Positions 37,346-46,322 of a stretch of DNA of 46,322 nucleotides are shown piece by piece; positions within the stretch are counted from its first letter, which is position 1, and every line of letters begins with the position of its first letter. The position numbers and the translations under genes are program-made. The notes beneath the pieces were generated by a model that saw only the letters and a program-made list of their open reading frames with translations, had not been told where the DNA came from and did not search any database. Source of the stretch: Pseudomonas sp. Lineage in GTDB: Bacteria; Pseudomonadota; Gammaproteobacteria; Pseudomonadales; Pseudomonadaceae. The stretch lies in assembly GCF_026224925.1 (NCBI RefSeq), contig NZ_JAMFRV010000080.1:1-46322 (forward strand). The letters are read 5' to 3'.

Positions 37346-38254
37346 ATGCAGCTCAGCCGCGCCAATCTGGCCGACTTCGTTTACTTCCTCGCTATCGCTC
37401 GTAATCAGAGTTTCAGTCGCGCTGGGCTTGAGTTGGATATCAGCGCGTCGGCACTGAGCCATGCCATCAAAGGCCTGGAAGCTAGGCTGGGCGTACGTCT
37501 GCTGAACCGCACCACGCGCAGCGTCACCTTGACCGCCGCTGGCGAGGAACTGCATGCGTTGATCAGTAAACCGATTGAAGAAATCGATCAGGCTATGCAC
37601 GTGCTGAACCGCTTCCGCGATGAACCGACTGGCCGTGTTCGCCTGAATGTCCTCAGTGATGCTGCAGACCTGTTACTTGGCCCTGTCCTGCCAATATTCA
37701 ATGACCGCTATCCAGAAATGGAAATCGATCTTACCGTCACTAACCGTATGATCGATGTCATCGGTGGAGGGCATGATGCCGGCATCCGTTACGGAGGCAC
37801 CGTGCCTGAGGACATGATCGCTCAGCGCCTTTCGCCGGATATCCGGTGGGTGGTTGCTGGTACCGCCGACTACCTGCAGCGTTTTGGTGTACCGCAGCAC
37901 CCTGAGGATTTAATGAGCCACAGGTGTCTGCGTATTCGTCTAGGCAACGATCGCATGTATGAGTGGGAGTTTGAGAAAGGTGATGAGCAACTGGCAATTG
38001 CGGTTCCTGGAGTCATCACGATTGACGAGACACGTATTGGAGTATCGCTGCTGCGCCATGGTGCAGGCTTGATGTACGCCCCTGAACCCGTCCTGAAACC
38101 GCTGATCGAGAGTGGTCAAGTGATTCGTATCTTGGACGATTGGGCGAGTGTGGCACCGGGTTTTCACATGTACTACTCAAGCCATCGACAGCTGCCAATG
38201 GGTCTGCGGTTGCTCATCGATCTGATCCGAGAGCTGCAGCCGATGGGTGAGTAG
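37346..38254 (+). CDS. LysR family transcriptional regulator
   Basis: SFSRAG, SALSHAIKGLEARLGVRLLNRTTRSVTLTAAG. GGAG RBS before ATG 37346. Confidence 0.95.
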   Translation: MQLSRANLADFVYFLAIARNQSFSRAGLELDISASALSHAIKGLEARLGVRLLNRTTRSVTLTAAGEELHALISKPIEEIDQAMHVLNRFRDEPTGRVRLNVLSDAADLLLGPVLPIFNDRYPEMEIDLTVTNRMIDVIGGGHDAGIRYGGTVPEDMIAQRLSPDIRWVVAGTADYLQRFGVPQHPEDLMSHRCLRIRLGNDRMYEWEFEKGDEQLAIAVPGVITIDETRIGVSLLRHGAGLMYAPEPVLKPLIESGQVIRILDDWASVAPGFHMYYSSHRQLPMGLRLLIDLIRELQPMGE

Positions 38255-38264
38255 CCTGTAGGCG

Positions 38265-38289
38265 GCCGTACTGATTCGCCCGGTACGGC
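38265..38289. terminator. Hairpin between convergent genes
   Basis: GCCGTACTG-attcgcc-CGGTACGGC. Confidence 0.5.
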
Positions 38290-38298
38290 TCCCCTATT

Positions 38299-39501
38299 TC
38301 AAGTGCGTTTGCTCGATGCGAAATCGATAACGAAGCGGTAACGCACATCCTTGTCGATTACGCGTTCGTAGGCTTGATCAATCTGCTCAGGTGCGATGAG
38401 CTCAATGTCCGCAGTGATATTGCGTGCGGCACAGTAGTCGATCACCTCCTGAGTTTCGGCGATCCCGCCAATCATCGATCCGGCGAATGTCTTGCGTCCG
38501 AACCCCATGAGCATGCCATTCAAGCCCTGCAAATCGTCAAGTGCACCGACGTTGACGAAGGTCGCATCGAGTTTTAACAGGTTCATGAACGGCTGCATCG
38601 GATAGGCTTGCGGCACCGTGGAAATGATCATGTCGAAATGATTGGCAAGACGCTCCATCGCCGCCTGATCGCTCCACAGCACTGCTTCATGGGCTCCCAT
38701 CCGCTTTGCATCGGCTAGCTTACTGGGCGAAGTGGTAAACACGGTCACTTCCGCTCGACGGGCCACACCGAGCTTGAGCGCAACGTGGCCCAATCCACCC
38801 AAGCCGATAATCCCTACCCGCTGGCCGGGCTTCAGGTTCCAGTGCTGCATCGGCGAAAAAGTCGTAACCCCTGCACATAGCAGCGGTGTCATAGCGGCCA
38901 GATCCGCCCCTGGCGGCATACGAATCGCAAAGCGCTCGGTCACCACGATGCGCTCGGAATAACCGCCATAGGTCATACCGCCCGACACTTTATCGGGCGC
39001 ACAGTAGGTAAAGGTTGTGCCCCGTAGACAGTTCTGTTCCCGGTCGGCCAGGCAGTTTTCGCAAGTGCCGCAGGAGTCCACCATGCACCCGACGCCGGCG
39101 TAATCTCCGACATTGAATTTGGTGACCTGACTGCCGACCGCTGCCACCTTGCCGACGATTTCGTGCCCAAGCACGCAAGGATAAGGTGTTTCAGACCATT
39201 CACTGCGAGCGATGTGAATGTCCGAGTGGCACACACCCGCGTACTCGATGTCGATCAATACATCCTTGGGGCCTACAGCCCTACGTTGAATCTGCATCGG
39301 TGCGAAGCCGGCTTTCGGCCCTTTCGTACCGTATGCTCGAACAGTAAAAGGGCCTTTGAGAGGTGTCGCTTGCGCAGCCTCGGCCGTTGCGCTGCCGACA
39401 CTCGCGAACAGCGGCACAGCAGCCAAGCTGGCACCTGCAATGATCACCTTTCGGCGTCCTATGGTGTTTTGCTCTTCGCCTGTTTCAACGTGGTTATTCA
39501 T
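38299..39501 (-). CDS. Zn-dependent NAD(P) alcohol dehydrogenase (CAD family) with Tat-like leader
   Basis: CHSD, GHE, CGTCENC..C, GLGGLG, YRFVID. N-terminal GRRKVII followed by a hydrophobic stretch. Confidence 0.92.
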   Translation of the reverse strand: MNNHVETGEEQNTIGRRKVIIAGASLAAVPLFASVGSATAEAAQATPLKGPFTVRAYGTKGPKAGFAPMQIQRRAVGPKDVLIDIEYAGVCHSDIHIARSEWSETPYPCVLGHEIVGKVAAVGSQVTKFNVGDYAGVGCMVDSCGTCENCLADREQNCLRGTTFTYCAPDKVSGGMTYGGYSERIVVTERFAIRMPPGADLAAMTPLLCAGVTTFSPMQHWNLKPGQRVGIIGLGGLGHVALKLGVARRAEVTVFTTSPSKLADAKRMGAHEAVLWSDQAAMERLANHFDMIISTVPQAYPMQPFMNLLKLDATFVNVGALDDLQGLNGMLMGFGRKTFAGSMIGGIAETQEVIDYCAARNITADIELIAPEQIDQAYERVIDKDVRYRFVIDFASSKRT

Positions 39502-39515
39502 CAGCTGCTTTCCTC

Positions 39516-40307
39516 TTAAGATTTCTGTCGGCCGGCAAATACTTCGTTAACCACCGGAACCGCTGTAAAGACGTTGGGCCAGCCTGCATAGAACGCCAAC
39601 TGAGTCAGCATTTCCGAGGCTTCACCTTGGGTGAGTCCGTTATCCATTGCGCGATTCAGATGAGCGCCGAGTTGGGCTACTTGGCCGGTGGCGATCAACG
39701 CGCTCACTGTGATCAAGCTGCGGTCGCGGGGTTTAAGGCCTGGGCGCAGCCACAGGTCATGGAATAACGCAGCGCTGGTGTAATGCACCACACCAGGCGA
39801 TACCGGGCCGACTGTCTTGTCGACGAAAACCGTGCGTACCTTTTCGGAGGCTTGATCGATGGGAAGCAGTGCTGGCGAAACCGGTGGAAGTTGATCTGCT
39901 GTGACACCTCGCTTGGCGAACACGTCCTTGGCGATGAGGATGGTCGCGGTCGCGTTGCCCCACCCCGTATAAAAGGCAAGGTGGTTGATAACCTCGGATA
40001 TCTCTGCCGGCGTCACACCGTTGTCCAACGCCAGGTTGAAGTGGTAAGCCATTTCTACGGTTTGTTGTTTGGAGATCAGTACTGCGAGAGTCACAAGGCT
40101 GCGGTCACGCGGCGACAAACCAGGGCGCTTCCAGACTTCGCCAAGAAGAGTGAATTCAGTGCCGTGTGCCAGGGCTGGAGAAACTGCTCGCATGTCCTCC
40201 AGGCTTGGGACTGCCGGCAGGCGTGAGCCGGTGGTACTTTTGTCGGGGGTGGCACAGGCTGCCAGCAACAAGGTCAGACAGGCCAGACCGCCTTTCAGGA
40301 CCCTCAC
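39516..40307 (-). CDS. Two-domain carboxymuconolactone decarboxylase (CMD) family protein, predicted lipoprotein
   Basis: Repeated W.RPGL.PRDRSL and LAFY.GW. LLAAC lipobox. Confidence 0.88.
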   Translation of the reverse strand: MRVLKGGLACLTLLLAACATPDKSTTGSRLPAVPSLEDMRAVSPALAHGTEFTLLGEVWKRPGLSPRDRSLVTLAVLISKQQTVEMAYHFNLALDNGVTPAEISEVINHLAFYTGWGNATATILIAKDVFAKRGVTADQLPPVSPALLPIDQASEKVRTVFVDKTVGPVSPGVVHYTSAALFHDLWLRPGLKPRDRSLITVSALIATGQVAQLGAHLNRAMDNGLTQGEASEMLTQLAFYAGWPNVFTAVPVVNEVFAGRQKS

Positions 40308-40795
40308 CGTGATGCCTCGTACTGCGCCTCACTCACCGGCTCCATCCACTCCACATTTTTTCCATCCACGACTTCTTGGATGGCGATGTGCGTCATGCCT
40401 GTGGTGGCTGTAGCACCGTGCCAATGTTTAACGCCTGGTGGTGTCCAGATCACGTCGCCCGGCTTGATGACCACCTTTTCTCCGCCGGCTTGTTGAACCC
40501 AGCCAGTGCCTGCCGTGACCACCAACATCTGGCCCTTGGGATGGGTATGCCACACCGAGCGAGCCCCGGGCTGAAAAGTCACTGCGCCTGCCGAAACAGC
40601 AGAAGGAGCACGCGCCGCAAAAAGTGGATCGATTCGGGCGTTACCTACGAAGTTGCCGGGCGCCCCCATGATGGAGGCCTGCTCGCCGTTCCTGACGATA
40701 TCCATCGCTTTATCCTTGGGTATATCAGTGGCCTGTGCGCAAAAGGATATGAGCCCTGAAGCGATCAGTGCTGATACGGCAATGAGTGTTTTCAT
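40304..40795 (-). CDS. Cupin domain protein with signal peptide
   Basis: [21 protein letters not shown]. Sec signal [13 protein letters not shown]. Confidence 0.88.
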   Translation of the reverse strand: MKTLIAVSALIASGLISFCAQATDIPKDKAMDIVRNGEQASIMGAPGNFVGNARIDPLFAARAPSAVSAGAVTFQPGARSVWHTHPKGQMLVVTAGTGWVQQAGGEKVVIKPGDVIWTPPGVKHWHGATATTGMTHIAIQEVVDGKNVEWMEPVSEAQYEASR

Positions 40796-41203
40796 AGGTA
40801 ATCTCCTGCTCGATAGGCGGTGGAGCTGCCAACCTAGCCCATGCGCATGAGAGCGACTACCCGACAAAATCCGTATGTAACGATGAGCCACGCTCATCAA
40901 TCAGGATGAGAATTCCCCCTCCCTTCCGCTCATGCTCTACGACGCTCGCTCTAGAGATTGCTGAGCAATACTCATCAGAGCATCCCGTTTCCGCCGGGTA
41001 TTCAGTGAAAGCCGTGATGATTAACTTGATCCCATCTAATCATCCCTGGGCATCCCCAGCTCAAGCTCCACCCGCCAAAGCGAGGCCTGAACATGAATCC
41101 ACGAATACTTTCAAGTTCAGGCCCGGCGTCTCTCAATGGCCTTGCTTCTAACGCAACATGGGCCGCGTCGGAACACCAGGAAAAAGCGAATCACGGTACG
41201 CAC

Positions 41204-41374
41204 ATGAACTGGGAAAAAACTGAACTGGACAAAATCATCAGTGGTGCTTTGAACGACCACATCGACAATGCCTATCGCGCCAAGTACGGCACCAGCAGCT
41301 ATCTTGGGCCGATGATCAGTGAGCACTCTCGTGCTGCGACCGTCCTTGTTCTGCCCAAGGATGGCGCTCAGTGA
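41204..41374 (+). pseudogene. DUF2255-like gene with internal deletion
   Basis: MNWEKTELDKII fused to LNDHIDNAYRAKYGTSSYLGPMI..RAAT. The central TWIW..LYVR..RW part I expect for the family is missing. Confidence 0.6.
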
Positions 41375-42630
41375 GCAAGCTGGACTTGGCCGTTTCCCCG
41401 TCCGTGCCCCAGACCGACACATCGGCAGACACTAATAATCATGGCTTGCTTGTTCTGCTGATCCTTAGTGCCTTGCTGGCATTCGCATCTATTTCTACGG
41501 ATCTCTATTTGCCAGCGATGCCTGTCATGGCAGCGTCCCTGCACGCGGACAGCGGCACGATGGAACTGACCATCAGCGGATATCTGTCTGGCTTCAGCGT
41601 CGGCCAATTATTCTGGGGGCCGTTCAGCGACCGCTTCGGTCGACGCCTCCCGGTAGCGCTGGGCCTGTTGCTGTTCATCATTGGTTCGGCCGGCTGCGCG
41701 CTTGCCACCGACGGCACGGCGTTGATCGCTTGGCGTGTGGTACAGGCGCTTGGCGCTTGCGCCAATGTCGTACTCGCGCGAGCCATGGTGCGTGATCTAT
41801 ATCAAGGACGACAGGCTGCACAAAAGATGTCGACGCTGATGACCATCATGGCCATCGCGCCTCTGGCAGGGCCTACCGTCGGAGGCCAGATTCTTCATTT
41901 ACTGTCGTGGCAAGCAATCTTCTGGACATTGGTGCTAGTGGGCCTGGCGACCTTGGCCAGTCTGTTGCTGTTACCCGAAACACTGCCGCATGGACATAGA
42001 CGCCCCACTTCGCCACGAGCGATTTTGATGCGGTATGGCGCCCTGTTTCGTAATCGCAAATTCCTGGCCTACATCGCCACGGGCGGATTCTTCTATGCCG
42101 GAACCTTTGCCTATATCGCAGGCTCGCCCTTTGCCTATATCGACTATCACCACGTAAGCCCCCAATGGTACGGCGCGCTGTTCGGTGCCGGCATTGTCGG
42201 GCTCATGGTGACCAACCAGGCCAACGCCAAACTGCTCAATCGCTATGACAGCGACACCATGATGGCTATCGGGGGGTTGATCTCCGGCATAGCCGGCATG
42301 GTCATCGCCATCAATACATGGGCGGATTGGGGCGGACTGCCGCTGCTGATTTGCGGATGTTTTCTGTTTGTTTCCGCCACGGGTCTGGTGTTAGCCAACT
42401 CGATCGCAGGCGCCCTGAATTGCCTTCCGGAGTTCGCCGGATCCGCTTCGGCGCTCGCCGGCGCGTTGCAGTATGGCTCGGGAATTTTCGGATCAGCTCT
42501 CGTGGCGATTTTCGCGGACGGCACACCATGGCCTATGGGGCTGGTGGTGGCAATCTGCGGTATCGGATGCGCACTCAGTGCAGCCTGCGTCTTGCGGACA
42601 ACCCCCACATTTAACCAACTTCAAAACTGA
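41371..42630 (+). CDS. Bcr/CflA multidrug efflux MFS transporter
   Basis: STDLYLPA, GPFSDRFGRR, RAMVRDLY, LPETL, AGSASAL. Confidence 0.93.
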   Translation: MSKLDLAVSPSVPQTDTSADTNNHGLLVLLILSALLAFASISTDLYLPAMPVMAASLHADSGTMELTISGYLSGFSVGQLFWGPFSDRFGRRLPVALGLLLFIIGSAGCALATDGTALIAWRVVQALGACANVVLARAMVRDLYQGRQAAQKMSTLMTIMAIAPLAGPTVGGQILHLLSWQAIFWTLVLVGLATLASLLLLPETLPHGHRRPTSPRAILMRYGALFRNRKFLAYIATGGFFYAGTFAYIAGSPFAYIDYHHVSPQWYGALFGAGIVGLMVTNQANAKLLNRYDSDTMMAIGGLISGIAGMVIAINTWADWGGLPLLICGCFLFVSATGLVLANSIAGALNCLPEFAGSASALAGALQYGSGIFGSALVAIFADGTPWPMGLVVAICGIGCALSAACVLRTTPTFNQLQN

Positions 42631-42641
42631 GGAATATATCC

Positions 42642-43406
42642 ATGAGCTTTTCATTTGAGAACAAAGTCGCGCTGGTCACCGGCGCCGCATCCGGTATTGG
42701 ATTGGCGACGGCCAAAGCCTTCGCGCAAGCCGGTGCATCGGTTGCCTTAGCCGACGTAAATAGAGAGGCCGCGCTAGCCGCAGCCCAGACATTAGTTGCT
42801 GCCGGCCACCAGGCAATTGGCATCGGTTGCGATGTTGCCGAGATGGATCAGGTGGAAGCAATGGTGAAAGAAACCGTCGCCACATTCGGTCGCCTAGACG
42901 CCGCATTCAACAATGCAGGCATTCAGAATCTGTTGGCAGAAATAGCCGACGCGACGGTCGAGGATTACGACAGGGTCATGTCGATCAACCTTCGTGGCGT
43001 CTGGAGCTGCATGAAGTTTGAGTTGCAGCACATGCGTAACCAGGGCAGCGGAACGATCGTTAACTGTTCATCGCTGGGGGGCTTGGTCGGCGGTGCCGAG
43101 CGCGCCAACTACCACGCGGCAAAACATGGTGTGATCGGACTGACCAAAAGTGCGGCGCTTGAATACGCAGCTCGCAACATCCGCATCAATGCTGTTTGTC
43201 CTGGGTTGATCTGGACGCCTATGGCCGATCAGATGGTCGCAGCAGGTCAAGGCGAAGCGCTTGCAGGCATGGTCAAGGCCATACCTATGGGACGTCATGG
43301 CAAGCCTGAAGAGATCGCGGACGCTGTCCTTTGGCTCAGCAGCTCCACCTCTAGTTATGTGACGGGCCAATCCATTTCAGTGGATGGTGGATTCGTCATG
43401 CGTTGA
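42642..43406 (+). CDS. Short-chain dehydrogenase/reductase
   Basis: TGAASGIG, NNAG, YHAAK, VCPG, VDGG. Confidence 0.95.
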   Translation: MSFSFENKVALVTGAASGIGLATAKAFAQAGASVALADVNREAALAAAQTLVAAGHQAIGIGCDVAEMDQVEAMVKETVATFGRLDAAFNNAGIQNLLAEIADATVEDYDRVMSINLRGVWSCMKFELQHMRNQGSGTIVNCSSLGGLVGGAERANYHAAKHGVIGLTKSAALEYAARNIRINAVCPGLIWTPMADQMVAAGQGEALAGMVKAIPMGRHGKPEEIADAVLWLSSSTSSYVTGQSISVDGGFVMR

Positions 43407-43536
43407 GTAAGCGCTGGTACTAGATGCGTTTGAGCAATAGCCCCCCCGCTCCTTACCTTACATATACGCCGCCACCGATTCTGCCGGAGTCGCTAGACGC
43501 GGCACCGAGAAAGTCAGCCAAAGGAATAGCCATCTC

Positions 43537-45912
43537 ATGCCGCAATCGAACGCCTCAAAGGCAGGCAACGCATTCATGATCGCATTGGGCGCCATCATTC
43601 TGTTGACGGGGCTGTTCATGCTCGCGGGCGGCAGTTACCTGATCACGCTCGCAGGCTCCTGGTATTTCGCGCTTACAGGCCTCGGCCTAACCTTGGCAGG
43701 CATCCTGATCGTTCGGCGCCGTTTGCTTGGCGCTCTGATTTACCTCGCGGTATTTGTCGCCTCCGTGGGCTGGTCGTTATGGGATGTGGGGCTGGCTTTC
43801 TGGCCGTTGTTTTCACGCCTGTTCGCATTGGCCGTCCTCGCAACGCTGGTGCTGTTGGCGATGCCGAGTTTGCGCAGTACCGGGCGTACTGTATCACCCA
43901 GATTCGCCTACTTTGGAACTGCGGTCTTTGCTGTCGGTCTTGCCGCGACGTTCTATACGGCTTTGCAGCCGCAGCCGATTCAGACTGCAGAGGGTGCACC
44001 GGCTCCTGTACCTGGCAAGGCTGTAGGTACGGTAGAACCCGCTGCTGACTGGCGTTACTTCGGCCACACCCCATCCGGTACGCGGCATGCGGTGCTGGAC
44101 AAGATCACGCCTGAGAATGTGGCCGGTCTTAAGGTCGCCTGGACTTACAGGACGGGAGAAGTCCCTAAGGGAAGCCAAGGACACGTGGTAACGCCGCTGC
44201 ATGTCAACGGTATGCTTTACGGCTGTACGCAGTCGAGTCAGCTGTTTGCATTAGACGCAGACACTGGTAAAGAGATTTGGCACCACGATCCGAAAGTACA
44301 GGCGAACAACGTGTATCCGCGCTGCAGGGGTGTGGGTTATTACGATGCGGCAGAGGTTTCAGCAACCAATACAAGCACGCCTCCAGCGGTATGCACACGC
44401 CGAATTATCGCCACCACTGTCGACGCACGTCTCGTCGCAGTAGATGCGCAAACCGGAGAGGCCTGCACGGATTTCGGCGATGGTGGCAGCGTTAGCCTGC
44501 GCGTCGGGATGGGAGGCACTGACCAAGATCTCTACTTCCCAACCGCAGCGCCCACCATAGTGCGCGACCTGGTAGTTGTTGGCGGTCTCGTCTGGGATAA
44601 CCAGAAAACAGGCGAGCCATCCGGCGTCGTTCGCGCTTTCAATGTTCGTTCCGGCGCGCTTGCCTGGGCTTGGGATTTAGGTAACCCGGCAATCACGCGC
44701 GAGCCGCCAGAGGGGCAAACCTACACCGCCGGCACCCCGAACGTCTGGTCGACCCCTGCTTTTGATGACGCCCTTGGCCTGATTTATTTGCCCACCGGCA
44801 ATGCAACCCCGGACTTTTGGGGTGGTCACCGCACCGAGGCTGATGATATCCACTCATCTTCCATTGTCGCCCTGGACATCGCGACCGGGCGTGAACGTTG
44901 GCGCTTCCAGACTGTGCACCACGATCTTTGGGACTACGACGTACCCTCGCAGCCGGCGCTATATGACGTACCAGATGGTCACGGTGGAACCCTCCCTGCG
45001 CTGATTCAAACCACCAAGCGCGGTCAGATTTTCATGCTGGATCGACGCAACGGCACTCCGATTGCGCAGGTGCAAGAGCAACCAGTCCCCCAGGGTGGAG
45101 TCGTTGATGATCGAACAGCCCCTACTCAACCTTACTCGGTGGGTATGCCCGCAATTGGGACAGAACCACTCAGCGAAAAACGCATGTGGGGTCTTACGCC
45201 GCTGGATCAACTGATCTGTCGAATTGATTTTCGCAAGGCACGTTATGAGGGCGAATTTACCCCGCCGAGCGAGCACCTGACGATTCAGTATCCGAGTTGG
45301 CTCGGAGGAATGAACTGGGGTTCGGTCTCTATCGCAGAGAACCTGGGCTACATGATCGTCAACGACACCCGTGTGGCTATCTGGAACCGGATGATCCCAC
45401 GCGCGGCTTACGATGAGAAAAGCCTCACCGGTGGCGGGCATGAGGGCAATGCTCCACAGGCAGGTACGCCGTGGGGCATTGAGCAGGGACGCTTCCTGTC
45501 GCCTCTGGGTATCCCTTGTCAGGAGCCTCCCTATGGAACGATCAGCGCTATTGATCTGGCAACCCGCAAGGTCGCTTGGTCGATGCCACTGGGTACCACC
45601 GAGCAAACCGGTCCGCTCGGCATCGCCACCCACCTGCCTACGCCCATCGGCATGCCTACTCGCGGCGGCCCGGTGACGACGTCCAGTGGACTGGTGTTTA
45701 TGGCCGGTACACAGGACTTCTATATCCGGGCACTTGATGTGCGCACCGGTAAAGAACTGTGGAAAGGTCGTTTGCCGGTGGGGGCTGAGGCGACGCCGAT
45801 GACCTATGTATCGCCGCGAACCGGCAGGCAGTTTCTGGTCATCAGTGCTGGCGGTAACTCTGCGACCACGCAAAAAGGTGACTACGTAGTGGCGTATGCG
45901 CTGCCTGAGTAA
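43537..45912 (+). CDS. Membrane-bound PQQ-dependent dehydrogenase (glucose/quinate/shikimate family)
   Basis: Five N-terminal TM helices, RCRGV, HHDLWDYD, GGMNWG, PCQEPPYG, ATPMTY. Confidence 0.93.
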   Translation: MPQSNASKAGNAFMIALGAIILLTGLFMLAGGSYLITLAGSWYFALTGLGLTLAGILIVRRRLLGALIYLAVFVASVGWSLWDVGLAFWPLFSRLFALAVLATLVLLAMPSLRSTGRTVSPRFAYFGTAVFAVGLAATFYTALQPQPIQTAEGAPAPVPGKAVGTVEPAADWRYFGHTPSGTRHAVLDKITPENVAGLKVAWTYRTGEVPKGSQGHVVTPLHVNGMLYGCTQSSQLFALDADTGKEIWHHDPKVQANNVYPRCRGVGYYDAAEVSATNTSTPPAVCTRRIIATTVDARLVAVDAQTGEACTDFGDGGSVSLRVGMGGTDQDLYFPTAAPTIVRDLVVVGGLVWDNQKTGEPSGVVRAFNVRSGALAWAWDLGNPAITREPPEGQTYTAGTPNVWSTPAFDDALGLIYLPTGNATPDFWGGHRTEADDIHSSSIVALDIATGRERWRFQTVHHDLWDYDVPSQPALYDVPDGHGGTLPALIQTTKRGQIFMLDRRNGTPIAQVQEQPVPQGGVVDDRTAPTQPYSVGMPAIGTEPLSEKRMWGLTPLDQLICRIDFRKARYEGEFTPPSEHLTIQYPSWLGGMNWGSVSIAENLGYMIVNDTRVAIWNRMIPRAAYDEKSLTGGGHEGNAPQAGTPWGIEQGRFLSPLGIPCQEPPYGTISAIDLATRKVAWSMPLGTTEQTGPLGIATHLPTPIGMPTRGGPVTTSSGLVFMAGTQDFYIRALDVRTGKELWKGRLPVGAEATPMTYVSPRTGRQFLVISAGGNSATTQKGDYVVAYALPE

Positions 45913-45971
45913 GTCGTTCGAACCCGGCCAAGGCATGTCCTTGGCACATTATTTTTTACTGAGGAACAACC

Positions 45972-46259
45972 ATGGAGCTCAAACGTGCAGGCTCTCAACC
46001 CTCCGTCAAAGGCCCAGAAGAGTGGTTCACCGGAACCGTTCGCATCGATCCGTCCATCGTAGAAATCCGTGCTGGCGATGTTATCTGGTGCCCGCCGGGC
46101 CACAAACATTGACACGGTGCGTCGATGACAACTTCGATGACCCACATCGCCGTGCAAGAAGCTCTCAACGGCAAGAATGTCGAATGGCTGGAAAAAGTTA
46201 CTGACGAGCAATATCAGGTTGGGCCAACCGAAGCCGCCTCCCACAAACACAATCGCTGA
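45972..46259 (+). pseudogene. Cupin pseudogene (internal deletion plus nonsense codon)
   Basis: [27 protein letters not shown] jumps to [29 protein letters not shown] at 46110 replaces the conserved Trp, and the WHTH motif is missing relative to the intact cupin at 40304-40795. Confidence 0.85.
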
Positions 46260-46298
46260 TTGAGCATTGCTGCAGTAACCACAAAGGACACGATATCC

Positions 46299-46322
46299 AT
46301 GACCAACCCGACCTATGATTTC
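46299..46322 (+). CDS. Start of next gene (MTNPTYDF..., possibly SDR), truncated by window
   Basis: AAGGA RBS then ATG. Only 8 codons visible. Confidence 0.4.

Overview
Pseudomonas-like accessory region (OprD porin, Pseudomonas-type TatA) made of four metabolic modules, with no rRNA, tRNA or CRISPR seen. (1) 1-4742: sugar-acid module (ACS-type MFS, uronate-dehydrogenase-like SDR, enolase-superfamily enzyme, aldose epimerase, OprD porin). (2) 4847-8583: Amadori-compound (fructosamine) module, frlR/frlB/frlD-like plus an orphan amino-acid binding protein, followed by an IS21 istA remnant. (3) About 9.9-36.4 kb: a catabolic island for an unknown substrate. It has three GMC flavoenzymes, a TIM-barrel isomerase/dehydratase, Gfo/Idh/MocA, ThuA, an HpsN-like HisD paralogue, a Tat-exported PotD-like ABC system beside an extra tatA, and two MFS. 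It also carries apparent pseudoenzymes (a ThDP paralogue lacking Mg ligands, and a GH3 pair lacking NagZ catalytic residues). A repeated palindrome, GTTATACGTATAAC, is the likely LacI operator. (4) 37.3-46.3 kb: LysR-linked redox module (exported ADH/CMD/cupin trio, Bcr MFS, SDR, membrane PQQ dehydrogenase) with internally deleted pseudogenes. Module 3 is the best candidate for an undescribed system. All family calls come from motif recognition and memory, with no database search.
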